Assembly: GCA_017609205.1 (NCBI GenBank)
Contig: JAFCEL010000001.1
Location: 360,001-392,000, forward strand
Reading direction: 5' to 3'
DNA length: 32,000 nucleotides
From: Candidatus Saccharimonadota bacterium
Lineage (GTDB): Archaea > Nanobdellota > Nanobdellia > Pacearchaeales > GW2011-AR1
Shown: piece by piece, positions 31,447 to 32,000 of the stretch
Layout of the letters: every line of letters starts with the position of its first letter
How positions within the stretch are numbered: the first letter of the stretch is position 1
The notes under the pieces: model-generated
What the model was told of the DNA's origin: nothing
Databases searched by the model: none
The model's input: the letters and a program-made list of their open reading frames with translations, nothing else
Made by a program: the position numbers and the translations under genes

Positions 31447-31540
31447 TGAGTTATCGCTTAATTTTAAGAAACGGGAAGGGGGCTTAGTCTCTGCGGGACA
31501 GATAGTTTCGGCTTCGCCTCAAAGTTTATAGGGGGCGTCT

Positions 31541-32000
31541 TTATTTTTTTACTAGAATTATTCTTCCATTTTGATTGCTCACTATATTTTCTTTTTCTAA
31601 ATATTTTATAGCTTCTTCTATCTTTGATTTAATTTTCCCACCAGTCCTATTGTTGTGAAAGATTCCTTTCGCAATATCTGCAACTAGTGTTTCTTTTGTT
31701 GCTCCAAAAGTATTTTTTAGAATATCCACAATAGCACCGCCAATCTCTTCTTTTGGAATTAATGTAAATGGTCGTTGTGTTTCTTTTGAAATCCTAATAG
31801 GACAAACACCATCAATCTTATCAATTGAAACAGTATTTCCATAGACATAAATATTCTTATATTCTCTTTTCATTTCATTGACTAAATCATCAAAATTTCT
31901 CTTTAATCTGGCACCTAATTTATTTATCCCAAACGAACTCAGAACTCTTTTGTATAATAATTCCTTTTCAATAGGCGATTCAACTTCTAGAACAGAGAGC
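31541..32000 (-). CDS. C-terminal part of a larger protein (DUF3320-like tail); 5' end lies right of the window
   Basis: The frame stays open from 31873 to 31999 (..LSVLEVESPIEKELLYKRVLSSFGINKLGARLKRNFDDLVNEM..). The EsPI..eLl.kRvl..fG pattern resembles the DUF3320 tails of helicase-like proteins. Confidence 0.4.
   Translation of the reverse strand, partial: LSVLEVESPIEKELLYKRVLSSFGINKLGARLKRNFDDLVNEMKREYKNIYVYGNTVSIDKIDGVCPIRISKETQRPFTLIPKEEIGGAIVDILKNTFGATKETLVADIAKGIFHNNRTGGKIKSKIEEAIKYLEKENIVSNQNGRIILVKK

Larger units (their letters stand above)
11764..31540 (+). mobile_element. Integron-like gene-cassette array (at least 10 attC-like sites; continues to or beyond the right edge)
   Basis: Recombinase divergent from a mostly + strand array. 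Structured repeats have R''/L''/L'/R' order. Complementarity across cassettes holds at the first four junctions and at 19820/20626. Confidence 0.6.

Noticed and set aside
11800-31540. CRISPR array as an explanation for the regularly recurring repeats
   Set aside because: The repeats are 90-400 nt, imperfect and mosaic, and internally hairpin-rich. Spacing is 0.25-5.5 kb and the intervals contain complete genes with promoters. No short identical direct repeats with uniform spacers are present, and no cas genes.

Overview
AT-rich (about 30% GC by eye) archaeal sequence with a DPANN-like gene set. All family calls come from motif recognition by eye; no database search or folding was possible, and hand-derived coordinates may be off by 1-2 nt.

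Core block, nt 1-11763: the last 3.4 kb of a giant Cys-rich, sequon-rich surface protein, endonuclease Q, Nop10 (45 aa, missing from the ORF track), aIF2-alpha, a DHH/DHHA1 RecJ/GAN-like protein, ribosomal protein uS15, a MinD/ParA ATPase, tRNA-Gln(UUG), Bud32 kinase, an S51 peptidase, SRP54 and a Xer-type tyrosine recombinase.

Accessory block, nt ~11800 to the right edge: single genes or small modules, mostly on the + strand and mostly with their own TATA box 20-25 nt before the ATG. They are separated by 0.2-0.5 kb GC-richer, hairpin-dense repeats whose cores have integron attC architecture (R'' ..AAC / L'' / variable hairpins / L' / G|TT).

Main finding: at the recombinase-proximal junctions, the bases after G|TT are the exact reverse complement of the R'' box of the next repeat downstream. 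That is the signature of cassettes that were circular and inserted at G|TT. I read the region as an integron-like cassette platform next to a Xer-like (not IntI-like) recombinase.

Cargo: an AbrB-Dcm module convergent with a HerA-like ATPase / NurA-like nuclease / RHH operon (candidate defence system), a radical-SAM/SPASM RiPP cluster with a six-Cys precursor, a CARDB-like protein plus MacB/FtsX-type ABC exporter, a secreted SNase-lamin-tail nuclease, a PD-(D/E)xK nuclease plus membrane protein pair, and small membrane proteins.
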